A program made the translations under genes and the position numbers. Below the pieces are notes generated by a model. That model saw only the letters and a list, made by a program, of their open reading frames with translations. It searched no databases and was not told the DNA's origin. Positions 48,217 to 58,396 of a DNA stretch of 64,000 nucleotides are shown piece by piece. Origin of the DNA: Candidatus Hodarchaeota archaeon (GTDB taxonomy: Archaea > Asgardarchaeota > Lokiarchaeia > Sigyniarchaeales > SOKP01); the NCBI GenBank assembly GCA_048887225.1, contig JBHLJY010000004.1:32001-96000 (forward strand), in the 5' to 3' direction. Position 1 is the stretch's first letter, and each line of letters begins with the position of its first letter.

Positions 48217-49788
48217 ATGACAGAATTAAACGAAAGTTCATCTTCAGAAATTTACATTATACCAGAACCTGTAAAAATAGTCCAGGAAGATGGAGAATTT
48301 ATTATAAATAATAAAACAACCATTCTAACAGATTCAAAATCAATACAAAATGCTGAATTTCTAAAACAAATATTGACTCCTGCAACTGATTTAAAACTAA
48401 CTATAAAAAATCTTACCCAAAAAGAGGAAGATTCTAATGTTATAATACTTAAAGTTGTTGATAATGAAAAAACTTTAACTTCGGAAGGATATTCTCTTCA
48501 AGTCTCTCCTACAGAAGTTAATCTCTCAGCTCCCACTCCTGCTGGAATTTTTTATGGCATCCAAACACTAAGACAACTTCTTCCACCTGAAATAGAAAGT
48601 TCCAACGTAAAAAATATGGAATGGGCTATTCCATGTGTAAGTATTAAAGATTATCCACGTTTTTCATGGCGAGGATTTATGCTGGACGAATCAAGACACT
48701 TTTTTGGCAAAAATGTAGTAAAAAAATTACTTGATCAAATGGCGCGTTTAAAATTAAATAAATTTCATTGGCATCTTACGGATGATCAAGGTTGGCGGAT
48801 TGAAATAAAAAAATATCCTCTTCTTACAGAAATAGGATCAAAGAGGAAAGGAACAATTACTCCACGAAAAAAATTAGATGGAATTCCCGTTTCAGGTTTT
48901 TATACACAAAACGACTTAAAGGAAATCATTGCTTATGCAGCTGAAAGATTTATTGTAATTATTCCTGAAATAGACGTACCAGGTCATACGACAGCACTTC
49001 TCGCTTCATATCCAGAATTAAGCTGTACGGGGGGACCTTTCGAGGTTAGCACTCATTTTGGAATCCATAAAGAGGTTTGTTGTATAGGGAAAGAAAGAAC
49101 ATTTGAAGTTGTCCAAGGTATTTTGAATGAAATCATAGAGATCTTTCCTTCTGAAATAATTCATACTGGTGGAGATGAAACTCCCACAAGAAGATGGAAA
49201 AGATGTCCTATTTGTCAAGCGCGATTAGAAAAAGAGGAACTTGAGAAAGAAGGAGATCTACAAATTTATTTCACAAATAGAATTGCGGATTATCTGTCTT
49301 CTAAAGGACGCAGATTGATGGGATGGAATGAGATCCTAAATGAAAAATTATCTAATAAAGCGATCTGCCAATATTGGACCTTTAATTTTGATATGGTTTT
49401 AGATCACATAAGAAAGGGAAGGGATTTAATTATGTCAGAAATGAGTGCTGTCTACCTAAATTATCCTTATAAATTAATTCCATTAAGTAAAACTTACCTA
49501 TATGATCCTATTCCAAAAGAATTAGAAAAAAAATACCATAGTTATATCCTCGGACTCGAAGCTTGTTTATGGGCTGAATTTATTCCAAATATTAAGCGCC
49601 TGGAGTGGCAAGCATTTCCGCGCCTAATAGCTGTAGCAGAAACAGGTTGGACACCTAAAAAGAAAAAAAAATTTCGATCATTTCTAACGCGTTTAGATTC
49701 TTATCTCAAAAGACTAAGCTATTATGAGATAAATTTTGCTAAAAAAGAAGAATTTGAAGAAAAAGAAGGAAATATTCAAAACAAGTAA
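48217..49788 (+). CDS. Beta-N-acetylhexosaminidase (GH20)
   Basis: DYPRFSWRGFMLDESRHF, HWHLTDDQGWR, EIDVPGH, HTGGDE. Confidence 0.94.
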   Translation: MTELNESSSSEIYIIPEPVKIVQEDGEFIINNKTTILTDSKSIQNAEFLKQILTPATDLKLTIKNLTQKEEDSNVIILKVVDNEKTLTSEGYSLQVSPTEVNLSAPTPAGIFYGIQTLRQLLPPEIESSNVKNMEWAIPCVSIKDYPRFSWRGFMLDESRHFFGKNVVKKLLDQMARLKLNKFHWHLTDDQGWRIEIKKYPLLTEIGSKRKGTITPRKKLDGIPVSGFYTQNDLKEIIAYAAERFIVIIPEIDVPGHTTALLASYPELSCTGGPFEVSTHFGIHKEVCCIGKERTFEVVQGILNEIIEIFPSEIIHTGGDETPTRRWKRCPICQARLEKEELEKEGDLQIYFTNRIADYLSSKGRRLMGWNEILNEKLSNKAICQYWTFNFDMVLDHIRKGRDLIMSEMSAVYLNYPYKLIPLSKTYLYDPIPKELEKKYHSYILGLEACLWAEFIPNIKRLEWQAFPRLIAVAETGWTPKKKKKFRSFLTRLDSYLKRLSYYEINFAKKEEFEEKEGNIQNK

Positions 49789-49798
49789 GAACTTAAAT

Positions 49799-49969
49799 TT
49801 ATTCTTTATCAAAGAAATTTCCACATTCACCACATTTTATCAACCTTTTATAAACAGGAGTACCCTGCATCGAATAATATAATACTTGATTCTTATCAGG
49901 TTCTTCATGTAGCTTACGTGGATTTTCATTTCCACAACTTGGGCATTTAATTCGCTTATAGTCAGACAT
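49799..49969 (-). CDS. Small zinc-ribbon protein (56 aa; not in ORF track)
   Basis: MSDYKRIKCPSCGNENPRKLHEEPDKNQVLYYSMQGTPVYKRLIKCGECGNFFDKE*. Confidence 0.75.
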   Translation of the reverse strand: MSDYKRIKCPSCGNENPRKLHEEPDKNQVLYYSMQGTPVYKRLIKCGECGNFFDKE

Positions 49970-50057
49970 TTAAAAATCTCTTATAGTATTTTTTATTATA
50001 AATAGACTGGATTTGATAAATTTAAATTTTCCTTTTATTAAAGATCTTAATAATTTC

Positions 50058-50594
50058 TTATTGAATAGTTACAATCCCCGTTTTTTCAATAATTTCTCCA
50101 ATTATATCATCAAGTTTTTTCCCTGTTGTTTCAATAACAATATCTGCTGCGGCCTCGTAAAAAGGTTTTCTAAAATTTAGAACTTTTTCAATTTCTGCCA
50201 TAGGATCTTGTTTATCAATTACAGGTCTAGTTTCCTTGCCGTCTTTCATGGCTCTTTCATAAATTTCTTCCGAAGTTGCATCCAATAATACAATATGACT
50301 ATTTTGTTTTAAATAGTCAATATTAATTTTGTTTAGAACGATCCCACCTCCACACGAAATAATAACATTTTGATACTTGGAAGCTTTTTTACATGCAGTA
50401 ATTTCATATTCTCTAAATCTAATTTCTCCATCCTCAGCAAATATATCGGGAATTGATTTACCGGCGTCTTCAATAATAATTTGGTCTGTTTCTATAAATT
50501 TGTAATTGTTTCCAAGACGATTTGCTAAGGCTTTGCCTACTACAGTCTTCCCAGTGGCCATAAACCCAATAAGAGCGATACAATTTTTAGTCAT
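50058..50594 (-). CDS. aroK: Shikimate kinase (bacterial AroK type)
   Basis: IGFMATGKT, IF..DGE..FREYE, SCGGG, RPV. Confidence 0.92.
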   Translation of the reverse strand: MTKNCIALIGFMATGKTVVGKALANRLGNNYKFIETDQIIIEDAGKSIPDIFAEDGEIRFREYEITACKKASKYQNVIISCGGGIVLNKINIDYLKQNSHIVLLDATSEEIYERAMKDGKETRPVIDKQDPMAEIEKVLNFRKPFYEAAADIVIETTGKKLDDIIGEIIEKTGIVTIQ

Positions 50595-50660
50595 ATTTTA
50601 TCCTAATTTTGATTAATTGTTAATTATTAATTATTATAACTCAAAAACTATTATTATATC

Positions 50661-51581
50661 TTGAATTCTAAATTTAACAATGTAATTAAAAATAGATATT
50701 TTAAAAATACTATGTCAAAACAATCATCGTTTTCGGGAAAAACTAAAACTTTTTGTCTTATAGGACACCCAGCGGAACATAGCATGTCTCCAACAATGTG
50801 GAATCCTGCTCTTCAAGAGTTGGGACTTAATTATGTTTATGTAGTCTTTGATGTTCATCCAGACAATTTAAAAAAGGCTGTTGATGGATTTCGAGTATTC
50901 GGTATTGAAGGAATTAACGTAACTATCCCCCATAAAGAGACAATTATACAATATCTCGATGAAATTGATCCGATTGCTGAGAAAATGGGTGCCATAAACA
51001 CAATTAAAAACGAAAATGGATTTTTAAAAGGCAGAAATACTGATGCTGGAGGAGCTAAGAAATCTCTTTTAGATGCAGGATGCTCTATAAAAGGAAAAAA
51101 AATATTAATGTTAGGATCTGGAGGAGTAGCAAGAGCAATATGCTATATTTTATCTGAGGAAGCTGAAAGAATAGTCTTAACTGATATTATTAAGGAGAGA
51201 GCCATAAATCTTGCTAATGAAGTAAAAGATAAGATGAATGCTGATATTATTGGTAAAATTAGCAACGAAACCACAATTAAAGAAGAAATTAAAGACACAG
51301 ATATATTAATTAATGCAACACCTTTAGGTATGTACCCCAAGGTCGATGCATCCCCCATATCAAAAGACCTTCTACATAGCGAATTATTTGTGTTTGATGT
51401 AGTATATAATCCATTAGAAACAAAATTAATGAAAGAAGCTGCAGAAGTTGGAAGTAAAATCCTTGGAGGCTTAGATATGCTCGTTAATCAAGGAGTTTTA
51501 GCCTTTGAATGGTGGACAGGGAAAACACCTAATAGTGAACTAATGAAAAATAAAATAATCGATTTTCTCAAAATTAAATAA
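50661..51581 (+). CDS. aroE: Shikimate dehydrogenase
   Basis: GHP.EHSMSP, NVTIPHK, AINT, NTD, GSGG, NATPLGM, DVVYNP; true start may be about 50712. Confidence 0.94.
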   Translation: MNSKFNNVIKNRYFKNTMSKQSSFSGKTKTFCLIGHPAEHSMSPTMWNPALQELGLNYVYVVFDVHPDNLKKAVDGFRVFGIEGINVTIPHKETIIQYLDEIDPIAEKMGAINTIKNENGFLKGRNTDAGGAKKSLLDAGCSIKGKKILMLGSGGVARAICYILSEEAERIVLTDIIKERAINLANEVKDKMNADIIGKISNETTIKEEIKDTDILINATPLGMYPKVDASPISKDLLHSELFVFDVVYNPLETKLMKEAAEVGSKILGGLDMLVNQGVLAFEWWTGKTPNSELMKNKIIDFLKIK

Positions 51582-52807
51582 TGTCAAAAATCAACAAACC
51601 AGTTGTTTCATTGGCCCGTAATGAGAATATTGATTTAGCGGTTAAATTATGTCTTGATCAACTTAAAATCCCGAATATGACGGGAAAAACAGTTTTATTA
51701 AAACCCAATGTTGGAAGAGAGGAGGATCCCAAATTAGCGATTAATACTAATCCAGAAGTAGTTAGTGCGGTTTTTAATTACTTAAGAGAACAATATAAAG
51801 CACATTTTTTAATTGGCGATTCTCCTATTATAAATACTGATACTAAGAGAGCTTTTGAGCAATCCGGCTATTCTGAATTATTAAAACATAAGGATTTACA
51901 ATTTATTGATTTAGATGATCGACCACCAGTAGAGTTAGAAATTCTTGAAGGTAAAATTCTAAAAAAAATCAAAGTGACTGGTTATTGGCAGGATATTGAT
52001 GTAATTATAACCATTCCTTGCGTGAAAATGCATATGCACTGTGGAGCATCTTTAGGCTTTAAAAATCTCAAGGGCTTAATATATAAAAAAAAAAAAATTG
52101 AACTTCATCATTTCCGAGCACCAGAATTAATTAAGAAATTAAAAAAATCTATTGAAAAAGTTAAAGAATTAGATGTTGCTATTGCAGACCTTGCGCATGT
52201 AATCCGTGCTGACTTGGCTGTAATTGATGCTTCTTATGCTCAAGAAGGAATGGGACCTTCATCGGGAGATCCTGTAAAATTAGACACAATTATAGCATCT
52301 ACAGATTACCTTGCAGCAGACATTATAGCACTTGCAATAACTCAGCCAGAATGGACATTAGAAAATGTTCCTCATTTAAAACTCATATCAGAAATAATAC
52401 CAAATGCACCAAAAAGCCGTAAAGACATTATTACAAATCCAGAAAATATTCAAGAATTTGTTAGACCTTTAAAACCCCCTCCAACTTCAATAAACATTAA
52501 ATATAAAAATGTGAATTTAATAGACATCGATTCATGTTCTGCTTGTTTATCCACAATATTTAATTTATTGAAAAATAACAAAGATTTTATTGACAAACAT
52601 TTTACCCCCGAAAATCCATTAAATTTAGCAGTAGGAAAAGGAATAAAACAATCTGATATTTATGATGAGACTTTCTTAATTGGAAACTGCACATATGACC
52701 AACGAGAAAATGGTATTTTTATTAAAGGGTGTACCCCTGTTGAGTCAACAATTTTTGAAACTATAAAATATAACGTAAAAGAAAAAAAAAAAAAAAATTT
52801 TAAGTAA
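51581..52807 (+). CDS. DUF362 Fe-S protein
   Basis: VLLKPN, T.PEVV, K.H...SLGFKNLKG, EGMGP; C-terminal CSAC..GNC..GC.P. Confidence 0.85.
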   Translation: MSKINKPVVSLARNENIDLAVKLCLDQLKIPNMTGKTVLLKPNVGREEDPKLAINTNPEVVSAVFNYLREQYKAHFLIGDSPIINTDTKRAFEQSGYSELLKHKDLQFIDLDDRPPVELEILEGKILKKIKVTGYWQDIDVIITIPCVKMHMHCGASLGFKNLKGLIYKKKKIELHHFRAPELIKKLKKSIEKVKELDVAIADLAHVIRADLAVIDASYAQEGMGPSSGDPVKLDTIIASTDYLAADIIALAITQPEWTLENVPHLKLISEIIPNAPKSRKDIITNPENIQEFVRPLKPPPTSINIKYKNVNLIDIDSCSACLSTIFNLLKNNKDFIDKHFTPENPLNLAVGKGIKQSDIYDETFLIGNCTYDQRENGIFIKGCTPVESTIFETIKYNVKEKKKKNFK

Positions 52808-53339
52808 GTTTATTTATTATCGAAGTAGCGAAATTCTTAGCGTTCTCAAAATCTTGAACATCAGGATGTCCTTTAACCAAATTTAACCATCTCTCTTCAG
52901 CTATCTTTTGTTCTTCTGGAGTGAAGGTACTCCAAGCAGCACGCCTCTGTTCTTCTGCTTTTTCCACTAAATTTTCTCCGCAACAATCGAACGTTCCTAA
53001 TACTTCACAATTACTTTTTTCTATGATTTTATCGATTGAATTAAAACAATCTGGATAACATCCCCGTTCATAGTTTTCATGTGTATAAAAATATACAAAT
53101 TTGGGTGGGAGTTCGGGTGCTTTTTTAACAAAAGCTGTGAGCTTTCTTGAAACATTAAATGCAAAGAGACCAGACCCTATAAAAGCAACATCGTATGAAC
53201 CTAACAAACTTGGATCAGCACCTTTAATATCCAGGAGATCAACTTCATGTCCAGTTATTCCTTCTTTTATAGCTTTAGCTACTTTTTCAGTATTTCCAGT
53301 TGTAGAAAAATAAGCAACTAATATTTTCAAACTAATCAC
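52800..53339 (-). CDS. Flavodoxin-family protein
   Basis: YFSTTGNTEKVAKAI, GHPD..D...AK.FA. Confidence 0.88.
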   Translation of the reverse strand: MISLKILVAYFSTTGNTEKVAKAIKEGITGHEVDLLDIKGADPSLLGSYDVAFIGSGLFAFNVSRKLTAFVKKAPELPPKFVYFYTHENYERGCYPDCFNSIDKIIEKSNCEVLGTFDCCGENLVEKAEEQRRAAWSTFTPEEQKIAEERWLNLVKGHPDVQDFENAKNFATSIINKLT

Positions 53340-53438
53340 TAAAGTTATCTAGTTTGGAATTAATTACATAGAAAGTATTAATATTTAAAAAAAAGATTAT
53401 GATTTTTTATAAACAGTGTTAAAAAAGATTAAAATGGT

Positions 53439-53804
53439 TTATATTTTACTTCCACAAGTAGGACAAAAGTTTTGGTATTGACTATCTAATTTACCTCCGC
53501 ACAATGGACAATATTTAACTATGTCAGATTCAATTGTTTTAACTTGGCTATATTGAGCTTGCTGCTGATACGGCAACTGGCTAATGACTTGTGAATCTTG
53601 GCTTAGTAACGCTGAAACTTCTGTACCACAATGAACGCATCTGTTTTCGGGTTTAGAATAATATATAATCAAATAAATGAAAAAACCAATTCCAAACGTA
53701 CAACAGAATAAAACAATAGCTAATAATGCATCAATCGGTTCTCTATGGAGTAAAACGTTTTGCTGACAATGCGAACAAAACCCCATTGGAGGAATACGTG
53801 TCAT
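53439..53804 (-). CDS. LITAF-like zinc/membrane protein with C-terminal zinc ribbon
   Basis: CSHC-hydrophobic segment-CVHCG, Q-rich linker, CPLCG..CPTCG. Confidence 0.65.
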   Translation of the reverse strand: MTRIPPMGFCSHCQQNVLLHREPIDALLAIVLFCCTFGIGFFIYLIIYYSKPENRCVHCGTEVSALLSQDSQVISQLPYQQQAQYSQVKTIESDIVKYCPLCGGKLDSQYQNFCPTCGSKI

Positions 53805-53910
53805 AATATAATACTCATTAATTCTTTACTTTTTCAAAATGAATTGAATTCTAAGATATTCAAAAACAATACTCTCTTATAATTTTTATACTTTTAAATA
53901 TTTAATTTAA

Positions 53911-54525
53911 ATGAAAATAATGAACCTAACTCAAAAAGCATTTTTCGTAGTTATTGATGGCGTAGATGGGTGTGGAAGTACCACTCATAGTCGTCTTCTT
54001 GCTGGATTTTTGGAGAGTAAAACACTCAAAGTCTACTTAACTCAAGAACCTTCCAAAAGCGAAATAGGATTGTTATTAAGAAAATTCTTGAAAAATAATA
54101 ATATTCCACCAACAACTGACGCTCTTTTGTTTGCAGCAGATAGAGATCTCCATTATAATAACGAAATCAAGAAAAAACTTGACGAGGAATATATTGTAAT
54201 ATCAGATCGTTATATTGAATCTTCCATTATATACCAATCATTACAATCTGATGAGATCTCTGTAAAATGGGTAAAAGAGATTAATAAATTCGTAGATAAA
54301 CCAGATTTAACTATTATTTTAGATATCGATCCTAGAGTCTCTTTAGCAAGAAAAACCGAAGAGAAATTAGAAAAATTTGAAGACACACCTTTTTTAAACA
54401 AAGTTAGGGATCTTTATCTAAGCAGAGCTAAAAAGTTAGGTTATTATATTGTTAACTCTGACGATATTATTGAACTTGTACAAGAAAAAATTCAAAAAAT
54501 CGTTATTGATAAATTAAAAGAATAA
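53911..54525 (+). CDS. tmk: Thymidylate kinase
   Basis: IDGVDGCGSTT, EP, LLFAADR, SDRY..SS..YQ, PDL. Confidence 0.93.
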   Translation: MKIMNLTQKAFFVVIDGVDGCGSTTHSRLLAGFLESKTLKVYLTQEPSKSEIGLLLRKFLKNNNIPPTTDALLFAADRDLHYNNEIKKKLDEEYIVISDRYIESSIIYQSLQSDEISVKWVKEINKFVDKPDLTIILDIDPRVSLARKTEEKLEKFEDTPFLNKVRDLYLSRAKKLGYYIVNSDDIIELVQEKIQKIVIDKLKE

Positions 54526-54596
54526 GAAATAAATTTTTATTTTTATTTTAAATTTGCAGCGAAAATTACATCGTATTAATTGAAATTAGACCTAAA

Positions 54597-55880
54597 GTGA
54601 AAGAGGACAACTCATTTAAAAATCAATTGTTTAGAAAAGATAGAGTTTTCAATTATGTTCAAAAATTTAGCTTTCCTCGACTCACTGGAACTGATGGAGA
54701 AAAAGAAGCTGTTGAACTGACTGTACAGACCTTTAAAGAAATAGGATTTAAGGATAATGAAATTCAAAGAGAACCGTTTGAATTATCAGATTTTTACTCT
54801 ACGACCTTAGTTAAATTAATTGCGATAATTAGTTTAAATTCTTTATTAATTTTTGTATTGGCAATATACCTTTACCCAATCTTTACATTTTTTATAATTG
54901 GGTTAATGTCTTTAATTGTTTTTCTAATTGTTAAAGGTTTAAAATATCCGGAAAAGAAAAGATTTTGGAGCGAATATTTTGGAAATACAGTTCAGGCCAC
55001 TAATGTTTTTTTAACAATTCCAGCGAAATTATTGCCAATAGAGGAAGCTGGAAATATTATAATTTCTGCTCATTTGGATTCAAAATCTCAAACATTTAAA
55101 ACTGTGTGGAGGATATTATCGTATAGAATTTGGTTATTTTGCGGTATTATTCTTGGTGGTTTTTACATTGCATTTCTTCTTTATACTTACAATATCGTAG
55201 AACTTAATTATCAAATTGTACAAATTGGCATTTGGACATTAACGGTTTTAATTTCTTTCTCGAATTTAATATTAATATTTCTAAACACTCATAACAAATC
55301 GCCAGGTGCTTTAGACAATGCTTCTGGCATGTCTATTGTATTTGAGTTGAGTAGATATTTTAAAGATCATAAATTAGATAATTTCAATATATGGTTTTGT
55401 CAATTTTCTGGAGAAGAATTAGGAACTATGGGCTCAAGAATTTTTGTAAATAATCGCGAAGACCAATTCGTTAAAGGTAAGGTTTTTCAATTAAATTTTG
55501 ATATGGTTTCTTCAGCTAAACGTAAAAAAAGAAATAGGGTTGAATATTTAAAATCGTATGGATTAATACCCCGTAAAAAAGTCGCCCCAATCCTTAGCAA
55601 GTATCTGGATAAAGCAGCATCGGAGGAAAATGTAAAAATTTGTGGTTTTCATATAACAACAGGAGCACATTTAGATTCTGTTGCATTTCATTTAAGAGGG
55701 TATAGTGCTCTTGATATTACGACTAGAGATGCTGCGTTTTATACCCATAATAAGGGGGATACTCCAGATAAAGTTGATCCTCGTGTTTTGGTAGAAGCAT
55801 GCATAATTGCTCGAAGAGTAATTTTAATGCTTGACAAAGATTATAAGATATTATGTGAAAATCGCGAAAGAGCATGCTAA
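54597..55880 (+). CDS. Membrane-bound M28-family peptidase
   Basis: PRLTGT, SAHLDS, GALDNASG, GEELG, NFDMV, H..GD; four TM segments. Confidence 0.87.
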   Translation: MKEDNSFKNQLFRKDRVFNYVQKFSFPRLTGTDGEKEAVELTVQTFKEIGFKDNEIQREPFELSDFYSTTLVKLIAIISLNSLLIFVLAIYLYPIFTFFIIGLMSLIVFLIVKGLKYPEKKRFWSEYFGNTVQATNVFLTIPAKLLPIEEAGNIIISAHLDSKSQTFKTVWRILSYRIWLFCGIILGGFYIAFLLYTYNIVELNYQIVQIGIWTLTVLISFSNLILIFLNTHNKSPGALDNASGMSIVFELSRYFKDHKLDNFNIWFCQFSGEELGTMGSRIFVNNREDQFVKGKVFQLNFDMVSSAKRKKRNRVEYLKSYGLIPRKKVAPILSKYLDKAASEENVKICGFHITTGAHLDSVAFHLRGYSALDITTRDAAFYTHNKGDTPDKVDPRVLVEACIIARRVILMLDKDYKILCENRERAC

Positions 55881-57148
55881 AAAGAATGAAAAAGACAATA
55901 GCAGAAAAGATTTTGTTGGAACATTCGGATTTAAAAGAAATATCGCCCGGACAGTATATAGAGTGTGATATTGATTTAATAATGGTCCACGAGCAATTAG
56001 GTGGAAGAATTCATAAAGAATATGAAAAACTTGGAATTGATTATGTTTGGGATCCAAATAAAATCTTCTTTATACTGGATCATTGGGTTCCGGCCCCTAC
56101 GATATCCGCAGCTCAAATGCATCAAGATTGTAGAACCTTTGCCGAAAAGTATAATTTTATACATAATATGGGAATGGACAAGGGAATATGCCACCAAGTA
56201 TTACCAGAGATGGGATTTTCACGACCAGGAATGCTAATTGTTGGTTCTGATAGCCATACAACTACTTATGGGGCGTTTAATTGTTTATCTACAGGTATCG
56301 GAGCTACTGATGTTTCAGTTGTTTTTGCTACTGGTAATCTATGGTTTAAAGTCCCAGAATCATTTAAGATCAAATTATCTGGGGAATTACAAAGAGGAGT
56401 AATGTCGAAGGATTTTATCCTAACTTTAATTGGAGACATTTCTACTAAAGGTGCTATTTATAAATCACTGGAATTTCATGGAGAAGGGATGAAATCATTA
56501 TCAATTGATGGAAGAATGACAATTTCTAACATGATAGTAGAAGCTGGGGCAAAATTCGGTGTTTTTTTACCAGACAAAAAACTAGAAAAATGGCTAAAAA
56601 ACAGAACTAATGAACCATATAAATTTGTAACTCCTGATGATGGTGCAGTTTATGAAAAAACTATCGAGTATAACTTGTCAGAAATAACTCCTGCTGTGGC
56701 AAAACCGTCTAGTCCCGGTAATTTAGCTAAAATTGAAGAAGTAGAAGGAATCGAAATCGATCAGGCGTTCATTGGAAGCTGTACAAACGGTCGAATGGAA
56801 GATTTAAGAATTGCGGCAAAAATCCTAAAAGGTAAAAAAATTCATCCAAGAACAAGGTTAATCATAATTCCTGCCTCTAAGGAAATTTTTAAAAAAGCAT
56901 TAAAAGAAGAATTAATTGAAATTTTTATTGAAGCTGGTGCTGTAGTTGGAAATTCAACATGTGGTCCTTGCATAGGAGGACAGCTTGGCGTATTAGGAGC
57001 AGATGAAATTTGTATTAGTTCTACTAATAGAAATTTTATGGGAAGGATGGGAGATCCAAGCTCTGAAGTTTATCTCGCTTCTCCTGCGACAATTGCGGCT
57101 TCAGCTTTAAGAGGAAAAATTACCGATCCAAGGGAGGAGAGCTTTTAA
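55874..57148 (+). CDS. leuC: 3-isopropylmalate dehydratase/homoaconitase large subunit
   Basis: DH, GICHQ, DSHTTTYGA, GSCTNGR, CGPCIG, STNRNF.GRMG; leuC versus hacA not resolved. Confidence 0.88.
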   Translation: MLKRMKKTIAEKILLEHSDLKEISPGQYIECDIDLIMVHEQLGGRIHKEYEKLGIDYVWDPNKIFFILDHWVPAPTISAAQMHQDCRTFAEKYNFIHNMGMDKGICHQVLPEMGFSRPGMLIVGSDSHTTTYGAFNCLSTGIGATDVSVVFATGNLWFKVPESFKIKLSGELQRGVMSKDFILTLIGDISTKGAIYKSLEFHGEGMKSLSIDGRMTISNMIVEAGAKFGVFLPDKKLEKWLKNRTNEPYKFVTPDDGAVYEKTIEYNLSEITPAVAKPSSPGNLAKIEEVEGIEIDQAFIGSCTNGRMEDLRIAAKILKGKKIHPRTRLIIIPASKEIFKKALKEELIEIFIEAGAVVGNSTCGPCIGGQLGVLGADEICISSTNRNFMGRMGDPSSEVYLASPATIAASALRGKITDPREESF

Positions 57149-57649
57149 TTGATGGAAAAAATCGAAGGTTTTGCTTATCTTTTAGGAGATGATATTAATA
57201 CTGACGATATTGTACCTAGTCATACTTTAACTATGAGGAACCCTAATGAAATGGCAAGATGTACCCTTGAATTTATCGATCCTAGTTTTACTAAAAATGT
57301 TGATAAGGAAAATATTATAATTGCTGGTGAAAATTTCGGTACAGGAAGTTCACGTGAAGAAGCCGTTAATGTATTTAAAATTCTCGGAATTAAAGCAATT
57401 ATAGCAAAATCTTTTGCGAGAATTTATTTTAGGAATTTAATAAATGTAGGTATACCCGGAATAACTTTAAATTGGGATGAAAATTTATTTTCTAAAGGTG
57501 ATAATTTGGAAATTTCTCTCGAAAAAGGTATTATTTTCAATATAACTAAAAACATTAAAATTAAATTCACAAAACTGCCTGAATTTTTAACATTAATTTT
57601 AAATGAAGGTGGTATAATCAACCAGTTAAAGAAAATTCTCTCAAAATAA
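57149..57649 (+). CDS. leuD: 3-isopropylmalate dehydratase/homoaconitase small subunit
   Basis: DINTDDI.P, NFGTGSSRE, SFARIYFRN. Confidence 0.88.
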   Translation: MMEKIEGFAYLLGDDINTDDIVPSHTLTMRNPNEMARCTLEFIDPSFTKNVDKENIIIAGENFGTGSSREEAVNVFKILGIKAIIAKSFARIYFRNLINVGIPGITLNWDENLFSKGDNLEISLEKGIIFNITKNIKIKFTKLPEFLTLILNEGGIINQLKKILSK

Positions 57650-57654
57650 GATCT

Positions 57655-58203
57655 TTAAAATAAATCTTGTATTTCTTTCTGAATTTTTTCAATTCTTTTT
57701 TTAGATTTCAATAAAATTTTACTCTTGCCGTATTTTGTAAACCAGGTCTGAAATCTCTCTTCAATTGTAACTTCTCTTCTTCCCGCCATGTGTTTATCTG
57801 CTAAACATACGATTTTTTCTTCTAACGTCTCTGGCAAATAACTAGAATCTTTGATTTTTAGGTTTAATTCAATAATATCTTCTTTATCTAAACCTCCTAA
57901 AATATGGGTTTCACATATCCTTGCAATTTTCTCTGGAAAACCTTTATCTCGCAATATTTTACCCCCTATTAAGGCATGATTAAAACCATGTGTTTTAGAT
58001 CTTCCAATGTCGTGTAAAAGGGCACCAATTTCTACCAACTCTTTATCAACCTTATATTTTCTTATTTTACTAACAATTTCTAAAGCTTTTTCAGCAACGT
58101 TCATTGAATGACGCCGAACTGAATATGGAACTTTTAATCTTTTCAATAATTCTAATACAAAATCCCGATTGGGTAAAACGGAAGCTTGCTCTTCTTTTAC
58201 CAT
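57655..58203 (-). CDS. HD-domain (HDIG) phosphohydrolase
   Basis: RH...LLHDIGR...H...H...EEKIVCLAD. Confidence 0.88.
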   Translation of the reverse strand: MVKEEQASVLPNRDFVLELLKRLKVPYSVRRHSMNVAEKALEIVSKIRKYKVDKELVEIGALLHDIGRSKTHGFNHALIGGKILRDKGFPEKIARICETHILGGLDKEDIIELNLKIKDSSYLPETLEEKIVCLADKHMAGRREVTIEERFQTWFTKYGKSKILLKSKKRIEKIQKEIQDLF

Positions 58204-58396
58204 TATAATTTATATATTAATACTTAAGTTTAAGTTTTAGTTTTTTAAAGAGATGATTAAAAATTTAAATAAACAAGCCTGCTATTGACGAGATTTTAAC
58301 CTAAGCAAAAAATTTTTAATTTATTCACGTTTTTTAAAACTAAATAAGTAGAAAAAGAACAAGCTCAATAAAAAAATAAAAAATAAGGCGGCTTAC

